Part shown: in pieces, positions 19,803 to 28,009 of the stretch
How positions within the stretch are numbered: position 1 is the stretch's first letter
Layout of the letters: each line of letters starts with the position of its first letter
Assembly: GCA_965279375.1 (NCBI GenBank)
Contig: OZ257156.1
Coordinates: forward strand, 3,424,001-3,488,000
Direction of reading: 5' to 3'
Source of the DNA: Gemmatimonas sp.
GTDB lineage: Bacteria; Gemmatimonadota; Gemmatimonadetes; Gemmatimonadales; Gemmatimonadaceae
DNA length: 64,000 nucleotides
The notes under the pieces: generated by a model
Databases searched by the model: none
Seen by the model: only the letters and a program-made list of their open reading frames with translations
What the model was told of the DNA's origin: nothing
Program-made: the position numbers and the translations under genes

Positions 19803-21482
19803 TTAGAGATTGCGCTTGTTGAGTTCACTGACGGCGAAGTCCGCCGCGCGCGCGGTCAGCGCCATGTACGTGAGCGACGGGTTCACCGCTGCCGCCGACG
19901 TCATCCCGGAACCATCGGTGACGAAGACGTTGGGCGCGTCCCACACCTGATTGTGGGCGTTGAGCACCGACGTCTTCGGGTCGCGGCCCATGCGCGCCGT
20001 ACCCATCTCGTGAATGCCCTGACCCGGGAAGTAGCCGTAGTCGTAGGTGTTCACGTTCTTGACGCCCGCGGCGGTGAGCATCTCCGCCATGTCGTTCATC
20101 ATGTCCACACGCATCAGCCGCTCGTTCTCACCAGTGGCGCAATCGATCTTGAGGACCGGCATGCCCCACTTGTCCTTCTTGGTCTCGTCGAGCGTGACCT
20201 TGTTCGCGTGGTTGGGGAGCATCTCGCCGAACGCCATGCCGCCGATGGTCCAGCCGCCCGGCTCGGCCGCCTGATCCTTGAACGCACCGCCGATGCCAGC
20301 TTCCGCGATCGCGCGCGACCACCCCGAGCGACTCGCGCTTCCCTGATAGCCGAAGCCGCGAAGGTAGTCGCGCTTTTCTCCGCCGATGTTGCGATAGCGC
20401 GGGATGTAGAAGCCCGTCGGACGCCGGCCGAAGTAGTACTTGTCGTCCAACCCTTCAAGCTCGCCGTTCGCGCCGAGACGGAAGTGATGGTCCATCAGGT
20501 TGTGTCCAAGCTCGCCCGAGCTGCTGCCAAGTCCGCCCGGCCAGATATCCGTGGCGGAGCGCATCAGCAACCACGTGGAGTTGAGCGTGGACGCGCAGAG
20601 GAAGATGACCTTCGCGCTGTAGTCCTTCGTCTCGTTCGTGACCGCATCGAGCACCCGCACGCCGCTCGCGCGCTTCTTGTCCTTGTCGTACAGCACTTCG
20701 CTGACGATGGAGAAGGGCTTGAGCGTGAGCTTGCCCGTGGCCATGGCCGCCGGAAGCGTGGACGATTGCGTGCTGAAGTACGCGCCGTACGGGCATCCCA
20801 ACCAGCATGCGTCACGCGACTGGCAGGCACCGCGGCCCGGCAGCGCCTGGGTGATGTTCGCGGTGCGCGCGTGAATCAGATGGCGCTTGCCGTCGAAGAG
20901 CCCCTTGAGCTTGTTGCTGACGAGTTCCTCGCCGCAATTGAGCTTGTGCGGGGGCATGAACTGGCCGTCGGGGAGCACTTCGAGACCGTCACGATTGCCC
21001 GCGATGCCGGCGAACTTCTCCACCTTGTCGTACCACGGCGCGATCTCGTTGTAGCGGATCGGCCAGTCGACGGCGACGCCTTCCTTGAGGTTGGCCTCGA
21101 AGTCGATGTCGCTGTGTCGATAGCTCTGGCGCCCCCACATCAGCGAGCGGCCGCCCACGTGGTAGCCGCGATACCAGTCGAAGCGCTTGGCTTCGGTGTA
21201 TGGCGACTCCTCGTCCTTCACCCAGTAGTCGAGATTCTTCTCGTTGAGTGGGTAGTCGCGCTTGAGCACTGGGTAGTGCTTGATCATCTCCTGCGTGCGA
21301 CCGCCGCGATGGGGATATTCCCACGGGCCCTTAGTCGCGTTCAAGTAGTCCTTCACGTGCTCGATGTTGCGTCCACGCTCGAGCAGCAGCACACGGAGAC
21401 CCTTCTCCGTCAACTCCTTGGCTGCCCAACCGCCGGAGATACCCGAACCGACCACGATCGCGTCGTACGTCTGATCCTGCAC
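19803..21482 (-). CDS. GMC oxidoreductase, glycoside 3-dehydrogenase-like flavoprotein (copy A)
   Basis: VGSGISGGWAAKEL, Cys cluster CQSRDACWLGCP, IHEMGTARMG, NPSLTYMALTAR; GTG start after GGGAGG. Confidence 0.92.
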   Translation of the reverse strand: MQDQTYDAIVVGSGISGGWAAKELTEKGLRVLLLERGRNIEHVKDYLNATKGPWEYPHRGGRTQEMIKHYPVLKRDYPLNEKNLDYWVKDEESPYTEAKRFDWYRGYHVGGRSLMWGRQSYRHSDIDFEANLKEGVAVDWPIRYNEIAPWYDKVEKFAGIAGNRDGLEVLPDGQFMPPHKLNCGEELVSNKLKGLFDGKRHLIHARTANITQALPGRGACQSRDACWLGCPYGAYFSTQSSTLPAAMATGKLTLKPFSIVSEVLYDKDKKRASGVRVLDAVTNETKDYSAKVIFLCASTLNSTWLLMRSATDIWPGGLGSSSGELGHNLMDHHFRLGANGELEGLDDKYYFGRRPTGFYIPRYRNIGGEKRDYLRGFGYQGSASRSGWSRAIAEAGIGGAFKDQAAEPGGWTIGGMAFGEMLPNHANKVTLDETKKDKWGMPVLKIDCATGENERLMRVDMMNDMAEMLTAAGVKNVNTYDYGYFPGQGIHEMGTARMGRDPKTSVLNAHNQVWDAPNVFVTDGSGMTSAAAVNPSLTYMALTARAADFAVSELNKRNL

Positions 21483-21638
21483 TGCGTCCTCCCGTGTCAC
21501 GGACTTCCGCGGGGTACTTGGTAGGGAAGCCGGCGATCGCTCACCGGCTGGTAGGAACACTCGTGGGAACTGCAACCTGCGCAATATGTCGTTCGGTACA
21601 CGTTCTGGCGAAAGCCGCTACGGCCGTGCAGTGGCCGC

Positions 21639-23318
21639 TCACAGATTCCGCTTGTTCAACTCGCTGACCGCAAAGTCTACTGCGCGCGCGGTGAGCGCCA
21701 TGTACGTCAACGATGGATTCTGGCACGCCGTGGAGACCATGCAAGCGCCGTCCGTCACAAAGACGTTGGGGGCATCCCAGACCTGATTGTGCTTGTTGAG
21801 CACCGACGTCTTCGGATCCTTCCCCATGCGCGCCGTACCCATCTCGTGAATTCCCTGCCCGGGGAAGTACCCCTGGTCGAAGGTCTTCACGTCGCGCACG
21901 CCGCACTCGCTCAGCATCTCGGCCATGTCGTTCATCATGTCCACGCGCATCAGCCGCTCATTCTCGCCGATGGCGCAGTCGATCTTGAGGACCGGCAGCC
22001 CCCACTTGTCCTTCTTCGTTTCGTCGAGCGTGATCTTGTTGTGGTGGTTGGGGAGCATTTCACCGAAGGCCGTGCCACCGATCATCCACTGGCCAGGCTC
22101 GGCGATCGTGTCCTTGAACCCCGCGCCAACGCCGAGTTCCGCCACGGCCCTGGACCATCCTTGTCTACCCGCTCCGCCCTCGTAGCCGAAGCCACGCAGA
22201 TACGGCCGCTTGTCGCCGTTGAGATTCCGATAGCGTGGGATATACGAGGGATTCGGACGCCTCCCAAAGAGTGTCTTGTCTTCCAGCCCGTCGAGCTTGC
22301 CTTCCGCGCCCAGACGGAAATGGTGGTCCATCAGGTTGTGTCCCAGCTCGCCTGAACTGCTACCGAGCCCGCCGGGCCAGATGTCCTTGGCTGAGTTCAG
22401 CAGCAACCACGTGGAGTTGAGCGTGGACGCGCAGACAAAAACGACCTTGGCGCTGTAGTCGATCGTGGCGTTGGTCAGCGCATCCACGACGCGCACGCCA
22501 GTCGCGCGCTGGCGATTCTTGTCGTACAGCACTTCACTCGCGATTGCGTACGGCCTGAGCGTCAGACGCCCGGTGGCCATCGCGGCGGGGAGCGTGGAGG
22601 ACTGCGTGCTGAAATACGCGCCGTACGGGCAACCCAGCCAACAGGCATCGCGGTACTGACACGCGCTACGTCCCGTCAGTTCACGCGTGAGATTCGCCGT
22701 GCGACTCGAGATGAGTCGGCGCGCACCACCGTACTTCTTCGATAGTCGCCCCGCGACCAATTCCTCGGCGCAGTTGAGTGGCATCGCCGGCTGAAATTCA
22801 CCGTCGGGTAGCTGCGGCAAACCCTCCAACGATCCCGCGATGCCGGCGAACTTCTCCACGTGGCTGTACCACGGCGCCATCTCGGCGTATCGAATCGGCC
22901 AGTCGATCGCGATGCCGTCCTTTGCGTTGGCCTCGAAGTCGATGTCGCTCAGACGAAAGCTGCAGCGCCCCCACATGAGCGAGCGGCCCCCGACGTGGTA
23001 TCCGCGATACCAGTCGAAGCGCTTCACTTCGGTGTAGGGCGAGTCCTCGTCGGACGCCCACCAGTCGAGGTTCTTTTCGTTCAGCGGGAAGTCGCGCTTG
23101 AGCACCGGATAGCGGCGCTCCATTTCCGTCGTGCGGCCGCCGCGATGCGGATACGCCCACGGTGGCTTCACCGCGTTCACGTAGTCCTTGATGTGCTCGA
23201 TGTTCTTGCCGCGCTCGAGCAGCAGGACACGCAAGCCCTTCTCGGACAGCTCTTTCGCTGCCCATCCGCCGGAGATGCCAGAGCCCACGACTATGGCATC
23301 GAACGCCGTCGATTGCAC
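21639..23318 (-). CDS. GMC oxidoreductase, glycoside 3-dehydrogenase-like flavoprotein (copy B)
   Basis: Same motifs and same length (559 aa) as copy A. Confidence 0.92.
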   Translation of the reverse strand: MQSTAFDAIVVGSGISGGWAAKELSEKGLRVLLLERGKNIEHIKDYVNAVKPPWAYPHRGGRTTEMERRYPVLKRDFPLNEKNLDWWASDEDSPYTEVKRFDWYRGYHVGGRSLMWGRCSFRLSDIDFEANAKDGIAIDWPIRYAEMAPWYSHVEKFAGIAGSLEGLPQLPDGEFQPAMPLNCAEELVAGRLSKKYGGARRLISSRTANLTRELTGRSACQYRDACWLGCPYGAYFSTQSSTLPAAMATGRLTLRPYAIASEVLYDKNRQRATGVRVVDALTNATIDYSAKVVFVCASTLNSTWLLLNSAKDIWPGGLGSSSGELGHNLMDHHFRLGAEGKLDGLEDKTLFGRRPNPSYIPRYRNLNGDKRPYLRGFGYEGGAGRQGWSRAVAELGVGAGFKDTIAEPGQWMIGGTAFGEMLPNHHNKITLDETKKDKWGLPVLKIDCAIGENERLMRVDMMNDMAEMLSECGVRDVKTFDQGYFPGQGIHEMGTARMGKDPKTSVLNKHNQVWDAPNVFVTDGACMVSTACQNPSLTYMALTARAVDFAVSELNKRNL

Positions 23319-23423
23319 CGCTTCCTCCCACGCCGAGTTCCGAAATTCCCGCGCCCAACGTGATGCGCGGACGCCGGAAGCGCCATAGCGTTGCCTCCAG
23401 AGCGATGGCGCGAACTGGGAGTC

Positions 23424-24599
23424 CTACACGCCCAGACCGCGACCGCCCGTCAGAAGCGCGTAGCCACGCGGAGTAACACGGCGCAGCAAGGCACCAACCG
23501 CCACACAGAACGCCGCGACGAGCAACGGCAGCAGCAGGAAGGTGAGCAGTCGGTAGTTGGGCACGGTCTGGACCCGCGGGAAAACCCAGGCCAGCGCGTA
23601 GTTGAGCAGCGGCACGTGCAACGCGTAGATCATGAACGAGAAGCCGCTCACCCACACGAACCACCGCTGCCGCATCGCCACACGCACCATCGGGTCGATG
23701 CCGTACCACATCACCAGCATCCCGCCACCCACCACGATCTTGTACAGCACGAGCAGGTACGGGGCCCACCCCCAGTTACCCTGAAACGCCATCCAGGTCT
23801 TGAGCGCGGCCAGCGCCACCCAGATCGCGGCTGCTGGCGCGAGCTGAAGCCAGCGCGGCTTGGTCGCGATGTCGAAGTCGGTCTTGCACAGCCAGATGCC
23901 CAGCGTGAAGAACAACAATCCCTCGCTCTCCACGAACCAGAGATTGATGTTCGAGAGCCAGAAGAGCACCGCAACCGCGAGCGTCACGCGCGGCCAGCGC
24001 AATGCGCGCACGAGCAACGGATACGCCAGGTTGTAAAAAAACAGGCAGCGCAAAAACCAGAGCTGGAAGGACGCCGGCATCATGATCAGCCGATCCCAGA
24101 GCTGCTGCAGCGAGTACTGCGCCACGGGCAGGTCCCCGAATGGCGAGAGCTGCGCCGAGCGAACGGCCTCGCGACCGACCACGGTGAGCTCGAGGGCGTA
24201 GGTCAGCGCGAGTCCAATCGCGCTCCACAACACGTAGGGCACCAGCAGTGTGCGTACGCGCTTTCGGATGCGACCGACAAACGGTTGCGCGTCGTGCATT
24301 GCGAACAGAAAGCCCGAAATGATGAACAGAATCGGGATGCGGAACCGGAACAGGCCATTCGCGAGCAGATACTGCGTGAAGGTGTTGAACGTCAGCGGCT
24401 CGTCCACCATCGACACGGGCTGCAGATACCGCTCGTTCAGGTTGTAGCCGTGCACGTAGCCGAGGAGCAGCATCGCGAGAAACGAGAAGAAGCGGAATTT
24501 CTCGCTGGTGAACGCGGACACCGCACGCGCGGGCGCAACGGGGCGGGCGGACTCGGCGCCAACGGTCACCGTCGACGGCATCTGGGTGGGGATCGTCAT
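23424..24599 (-). CDS. Acyltransferase family 3 membrane protein
   Basis: About 10 TM segments, YVH, RFRIPILFIISGFLF, RVRTLLVPYVLW, QLWFLRCL, SFMIYALH. Confidence 0.85.
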   Translation of the reverse strand: MTIPTQMPSTVTVGAESARPVAPARAVSAFTSEKFRFFSFLAMLLLGYVHGYNLNERYLQPVSMVDEPLTFNTFTQYLLANGLFRFRIPILFIISGFLFAMHDAQPFVGRIRKRVRTLLVPYVLWSAIGLALTYALELTVVGREAVRSAQLSPFGDLPVAQYSLQQLWDRLIMMPASFQLWFLRCLFFYNLAYPLLVRALRWPRVTLAVAVLFWLSNINLWFVESEGLLFFTLGIWLCKTDFDIATKPRWLQLAPAAAIWVALAALKTWMAFQGNWGWAPYLLVLYKIVVGGGMLVMWYGIDPMVRVAMRQRWFVWVSGFSFMIYALHVPLLNYALAWVFPRVQTVPNYRLLTFLLLPLLVAAFCVAVGALLRRVTPRGYALLTGGRGLGV

Positions 24600-24703
24600 T
24601 GAGGCAGCGTACGCTCGGGTGGACTTGGCAGTTTCGAGCACCACGGCCTCGCGAGCCGCGAAGTCGCGATCCGAATCGGTGATCTGCGCGATACTATTGC
24701 GGC

Positions 24704-25201
24704 ATGTCTCTCCGCCCCCTCGCCCGCCAACGTGAATCGATCCGAGCTCGGCGCCCGCACACCAACGCGTCGAGCGCCGTCGCGAGGCAAAGGCGGATAC
24801 GCACCTCGCGACGCGCGGTGACGTTCACGCTGCTCATGCTCGGCCTCGCCGGATGCGTCGGCAGCAGCGTGCGGAAGGCGTCGCCGTCGAGTGCTGGCCC
24901 CACCATCCTGACCGTGACGCCAACCCCGTTCCTGCTGCACGAAGGGAGTAACGCGGTCCTCACCATTCGCGGCGAAAGCTTCAGCGCCGACTCCAACAGC
25001 GTGCGCATCGGTGCGCAGCAATGGGATGGAATCCCGTCGCAGGATGCAGGCACGCGTATTCAATTCATCGTGCCTGATCGGGTGCCCAGTGGTGGGGGAG
25101 CGGCGCCCATGCTGTGGGCGAGTGGCGAGTATGCGGTCTCGGTGCGTACGCGACAAGGCGTCTCGCGCGCAGTATCGCTGACGATTCAAACTTCTCCATG
25201 A
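24704..25201 (+). CDS. Small lipoprotein with an IPT/TIG-like Ig domain
   Basis: Lipobox LAGC, PTILTVTP, LTIRGESF, GEYAVSVRT..GVS. The start may be further downstream. ATGA overlap with the next gene. Confidence 0.7.
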   Translation: MSLRPLARQRESIRARRPHTNASSAVARQRRIRTSRRAVTFTLLMLGLAGCVGSSVRKASPSSAGPTILTVTPTPFLLHEGSNAVLTIRGESFSADSNSVRIGAQQWDGIPSQDAGTRIQFIVPDRVPSGGGAAPMLWASGEYAVSVRTRQGVSRAVSLTIQTSP

Positions 25202-27456
25202 CTGCGACGTACCAGAGACTCCGATGGCTGGCGTTGGTCGCACTGGTTGCGCTCGCGCGGTGCGGCGGCTCGTCTGAGGCACCTGATGTGCCGCCGACGT
25301 TGGCCATCGTGCAGGGCGCGTCGGTCGCCATCAACTCGGGCGAGTCGGTGGCGCTCTCGGTGCGCGCAACCGATCAGAAGGGCCGTGTGGCCGCGGCCAC
25401 CGACGTGCGCTGGACGACCGCCGATTCGATGGTCGTCTCGGTGTCCGCGACCGGCACCATTCGCGGACGCGTTCTCGGACAGGCGTCGGTCACCGCGTCG
25501 TACGCCGGCGTGACGGCATCCACGGTCGTCACTGTGTCACCCGGCGCCCCTGCCACGCTCGTGGTGCGCACCGCCCCTGCCGGCGCCAGCGCGGGCACGG
25601 CGTTCACGACGCAGCCCGTGATCGAACTGCGCGACGGCGCTGGCAATCTCGCAACGACCGCCACGACGCCGGTCTCGGTCTCCATCGCGTTGGGCGGCGG
25701 ATCGCTGCTGGGCGCGACCACGGTGAATGCCAGCGCAGGGGTGGCCTCGTTCACGTCGCTCGCGCTCGACGGCGTCGTTGGGGAACGCGTCCTGCGCTTC
25801 AGCGCGTCCGGGCTTCCCGCCGTCGATGCGCGCCTCGCCGTGGTCGCCGGAGCACCGGTCGCACTCGGCCTGCGCACGCAACCAGACGGCGCGGTCGCCG
25901 GGAGCGTGTTCACCACACAACCAGTCATCGAAGTGCGCGATGCCTCCGGCAACGTGAGCAACGTCGCGCTCCCCGTCACCGCAACGATCAGCGGCGGCGG
26001 CGGCCTTCTCGCCGGCAACGTGACTGTCACGTCGGTCGCGGGCGTCGCCACCTTCACCAATCTCGCGATCTCCGGCGCGATCGGCACGCGCACTCTCAGC
26101 TTCAGCACGCCGGCGCTCGCGGCGAGCGTGGCTAGCACAGGCTTCGTGTTGCGCGCAGGCGCGCCGGTCGCGCTGGCGCTACGCACGGCGCCGACCGGCG
26201 GAGGACTCAACCAGCCCTTCGCCGAGCAGCCGGTCGTCGAGGCGCGCGACGGGTCGGGCAATGTTGCCACTTCGGCAACCGGCACGGTCGACATTTCCAT
26301 CGCCTCGGGCGGTGGATCCGTCACTGGCGCTGTGGCGCCGCTGGTGCAGGGAGTTGCCACCTTCAGCGGCTTCTCCGTGGTTGGTACGGCCGGCGCGCGG
26401 ACGCTCACCATCTCGGCACCCAATCTGCCCCCAATCGCCACCATCGTGCGTCCGTGCGATGCGCAGCGCGGTCCGGCGATCGCACTCGCGGCAACTTCGC
26501 GTACGCTCTCCGCACTCGTCGCCGGCCCCGTCGTGCTCGACCTGATCGCGCTGAACGAGACGGTCGGAAGCTGCATCCTGCCTGGTGGTCTGCAGGCGAG
26601 TGTGAACAACGCGGCCGGCGCCACGTGGTTGACCGTTTCGCTGAACACGAGCCGCACCGCGCTTGAGCTTCGCGCCGATCCGCGCGGGCTGGCCGTGGGC
26701 AGCTACACCGCGACTGCCATGATCACCACGTCCAACGCGGGGACGATCACGCTTCCGATCACGCTCAACGTCACTTCGTCGTTCCCGATCGTCTACGGCG
26801 CTGTCGATCAGAAGCTGCTGCAGCTCGATCCCGGTGGCAGCGTCAAGCCCATTACCATCGTCTCCGACAACCAGGGCGCGCCTGTCGCCCAGCCGGTGTC
26901 GTATCAGAGTCGCTCGCCCAGCAGCGTGACGGTTGCGTCCGATGGCACCATCACTGCACGGGCGGAGGGCGCCGCGTGGATCGTCGCGCGGGTCAGCGGC
27001 GCTTCGGGCCTCGCCGATTCGCTCTTCGTGAATGTCACGGGCGGAGCAGGGCCGGTGTTGCGCACGAACGCCACGCGAATCGCCTACGACCGCAACTCGA
27101 CCTTCTCGATCACGTTGCAACTCGACACGCGCGGCGTCACCGTCGGAGCGGCGCAGCTCATCTTCTCGTGGCCGTCCAATGCAGACGTCCCCGGCTTCCT
27201 GCAACTCACGGATGTCGTCAACGGCGGATCGGGCTCTACCTCTTTCTCCATCGACAACGCGACCGGAACGGCGCGAATCTCGATGGTCAGCGCGACGGGC
27301 TTCAACGGACTGATCACCGTCGCGCGCTTCGACTTCAAACCCATCACGACGGGCAGTTCGCTGTTCACCACCCGATTCGTGGATCTACTCGCCCCAGACC
27401 AACGCTCCCTGCTCGGCAATGCGTCGGCGCTCCTCTATCCGGTCGTCGTTCGATGA
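25198..27456 (+). CDS. Multi-Ig surface scaffold: Big_2, three Ig-like repeats, BACON-like, Big_2, C-terminal cohesin-like domain
   Basis: Signal with CGG (atypical lipobox LARC); WTTADSMVVSVSATG; three GAP...QPV.E.RD..GN repeats; TWLTVS...GSYTAT; beta-rich C-domain TFSITLQLD...VGAAQLIFSW...VARFDFK. Confidence 0.75.
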   Translation: MTATYQRLRWLALVALVALARCGGSSEAPDVPPTLAIVQGASVAINSGESVALSVRATDQKGRVAAATDVRWTTADSMVVSVSATGTIRGRVLGQASVTASYAGVTASTVVTVSPGAPATLVVRTAPAGASAGTAFTTQPVIELRDGAGNLATTATTPVSVSIALGGGSLLGATTVNASAGVASFTSLALDGVVGERVLRFSASGLPAVDARLAVVAGAPVALGLRTQPDGAVAGSVFTTQPVIEVRDASGNVSNVALPVTATISGGGGLLAGNVTVTSVAGVATFTNLAISGAIGTRTLSFSTPALAASVASTGFVLRAGAPVALALRTAPTGGGLNQPFAEQPVVEARDGSGNVATSATGTVDISIASGGGSVTGAVAPLVQGVATFSGFSVVGTAGARTLTISAPNLPPIATIVRPCDAQRGPAIALAATSRTLSALVAGPVVLDLIALNETVGSCILPGGLQASVNNAAGATWLTVSLNTSRTALELRADPRGLAVGSYTATAMITTSNAGTITLPITLNVTSSFPIVYGAVDQKLLQLDPGGSVKPITIVSDNQGAPVAQPVSYQSRSPSSVTVASDGTITARAEGAAWIVARVSGASGLADSLFVNVTGGAGPVLRTNATRIAYDRNSTFSITLQLDTRGVTVGAAQLIFSWPSNADVPGFLQLTDVVNGGSGSTSFSIDNATGTARISMVSATGFNGLITVARFDFKPITTGSSLFTTRFVDLLAPDQRSLLGNASALLYPVVVR
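25540..26450 (+). repeat. Three tandem ~100-aa Ig-like protein repeats inside the scaffold gene
   Basis: GAPATLVVRTAP..FTTQPVIELRDGAGN / GAPVALGLRTQP..FTTQPVIEVRDASGN / GAPVALALRTAP..FAEQPVVEARDGSGN, each followed by GVA[ST]F. Boundaries are approximate. Confidence 0.85.
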
Positions 27457-27463
27457 GGGCACT

Positions 27464-28009
27464 ATGACCGCGCCCCACGGTGTGCTCACCCCGCGCATGT
27501 TGGTGACAGCGCTGCTCACGGCCACAGTGCTGCTCGCCGCCGCCTGTCGAGAGAAGGGCAGTGCGGATGTGAGCGCGCCGCTGCCTGCGCTGCGCGTGGC
27601 GAGTCTCACGCTCGAAATCGATCGCGATCGCACCAACGACGGGGCGGGCGACAGTCTCTGGACGGCCACGCTGCGCCTCAGCGATGCCCCAGCCGCCTTG
27701 CGCCTTGGCAGCATCACAGCATCGGTGGACTTCGACACCACACGCGTACGCTTCCTGGGTGATGTAACTCCCGGCGATCAGGCGCTGCGCGCGGTACATG
27801 TGGAACGAGGGCGATTGCATCTCGCGAGCGCTTCGGCCACCGGGTTGTCGCCGGACGGCATGTTTCAGCTGCGCTTCGTGTCGCGCGACACGGCCGCTCT
27901 GCAGGCGATGCGACTCGACCTGAGTGAAGCGCACGCCATCGACGCCACCGACGTGCGTCGCGCGCTCTCGATTGCGCCCGTGCGGCGCGTTACGCCGAGC
28001 GTGCCGTGA
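27464..28009 (+). CDS. Small lipoprotein with a cohesin-like domain
   Basis: Lipobox LAAAC; LGSITASVDFDTTRVRFLG, GRLHLASASATG and MFQLRF resemble cohesin strands. Confidence 0.65.
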   Translation: MTAPHGVLTPRMLVTALLTATVLLAAACREKGSADVSAPLPALRVASLTLEIDRDRTNDGAGDSLWTATLRLSDAPAALRLGSITASVDFDTTRVRFLGDVTPGDQALRAVHVERGRLHLASASATGLSPDGMFQLRFVSRDTAALQAMRLDLSEAHAIDATDVRRALSIAPVRRVTPSVP

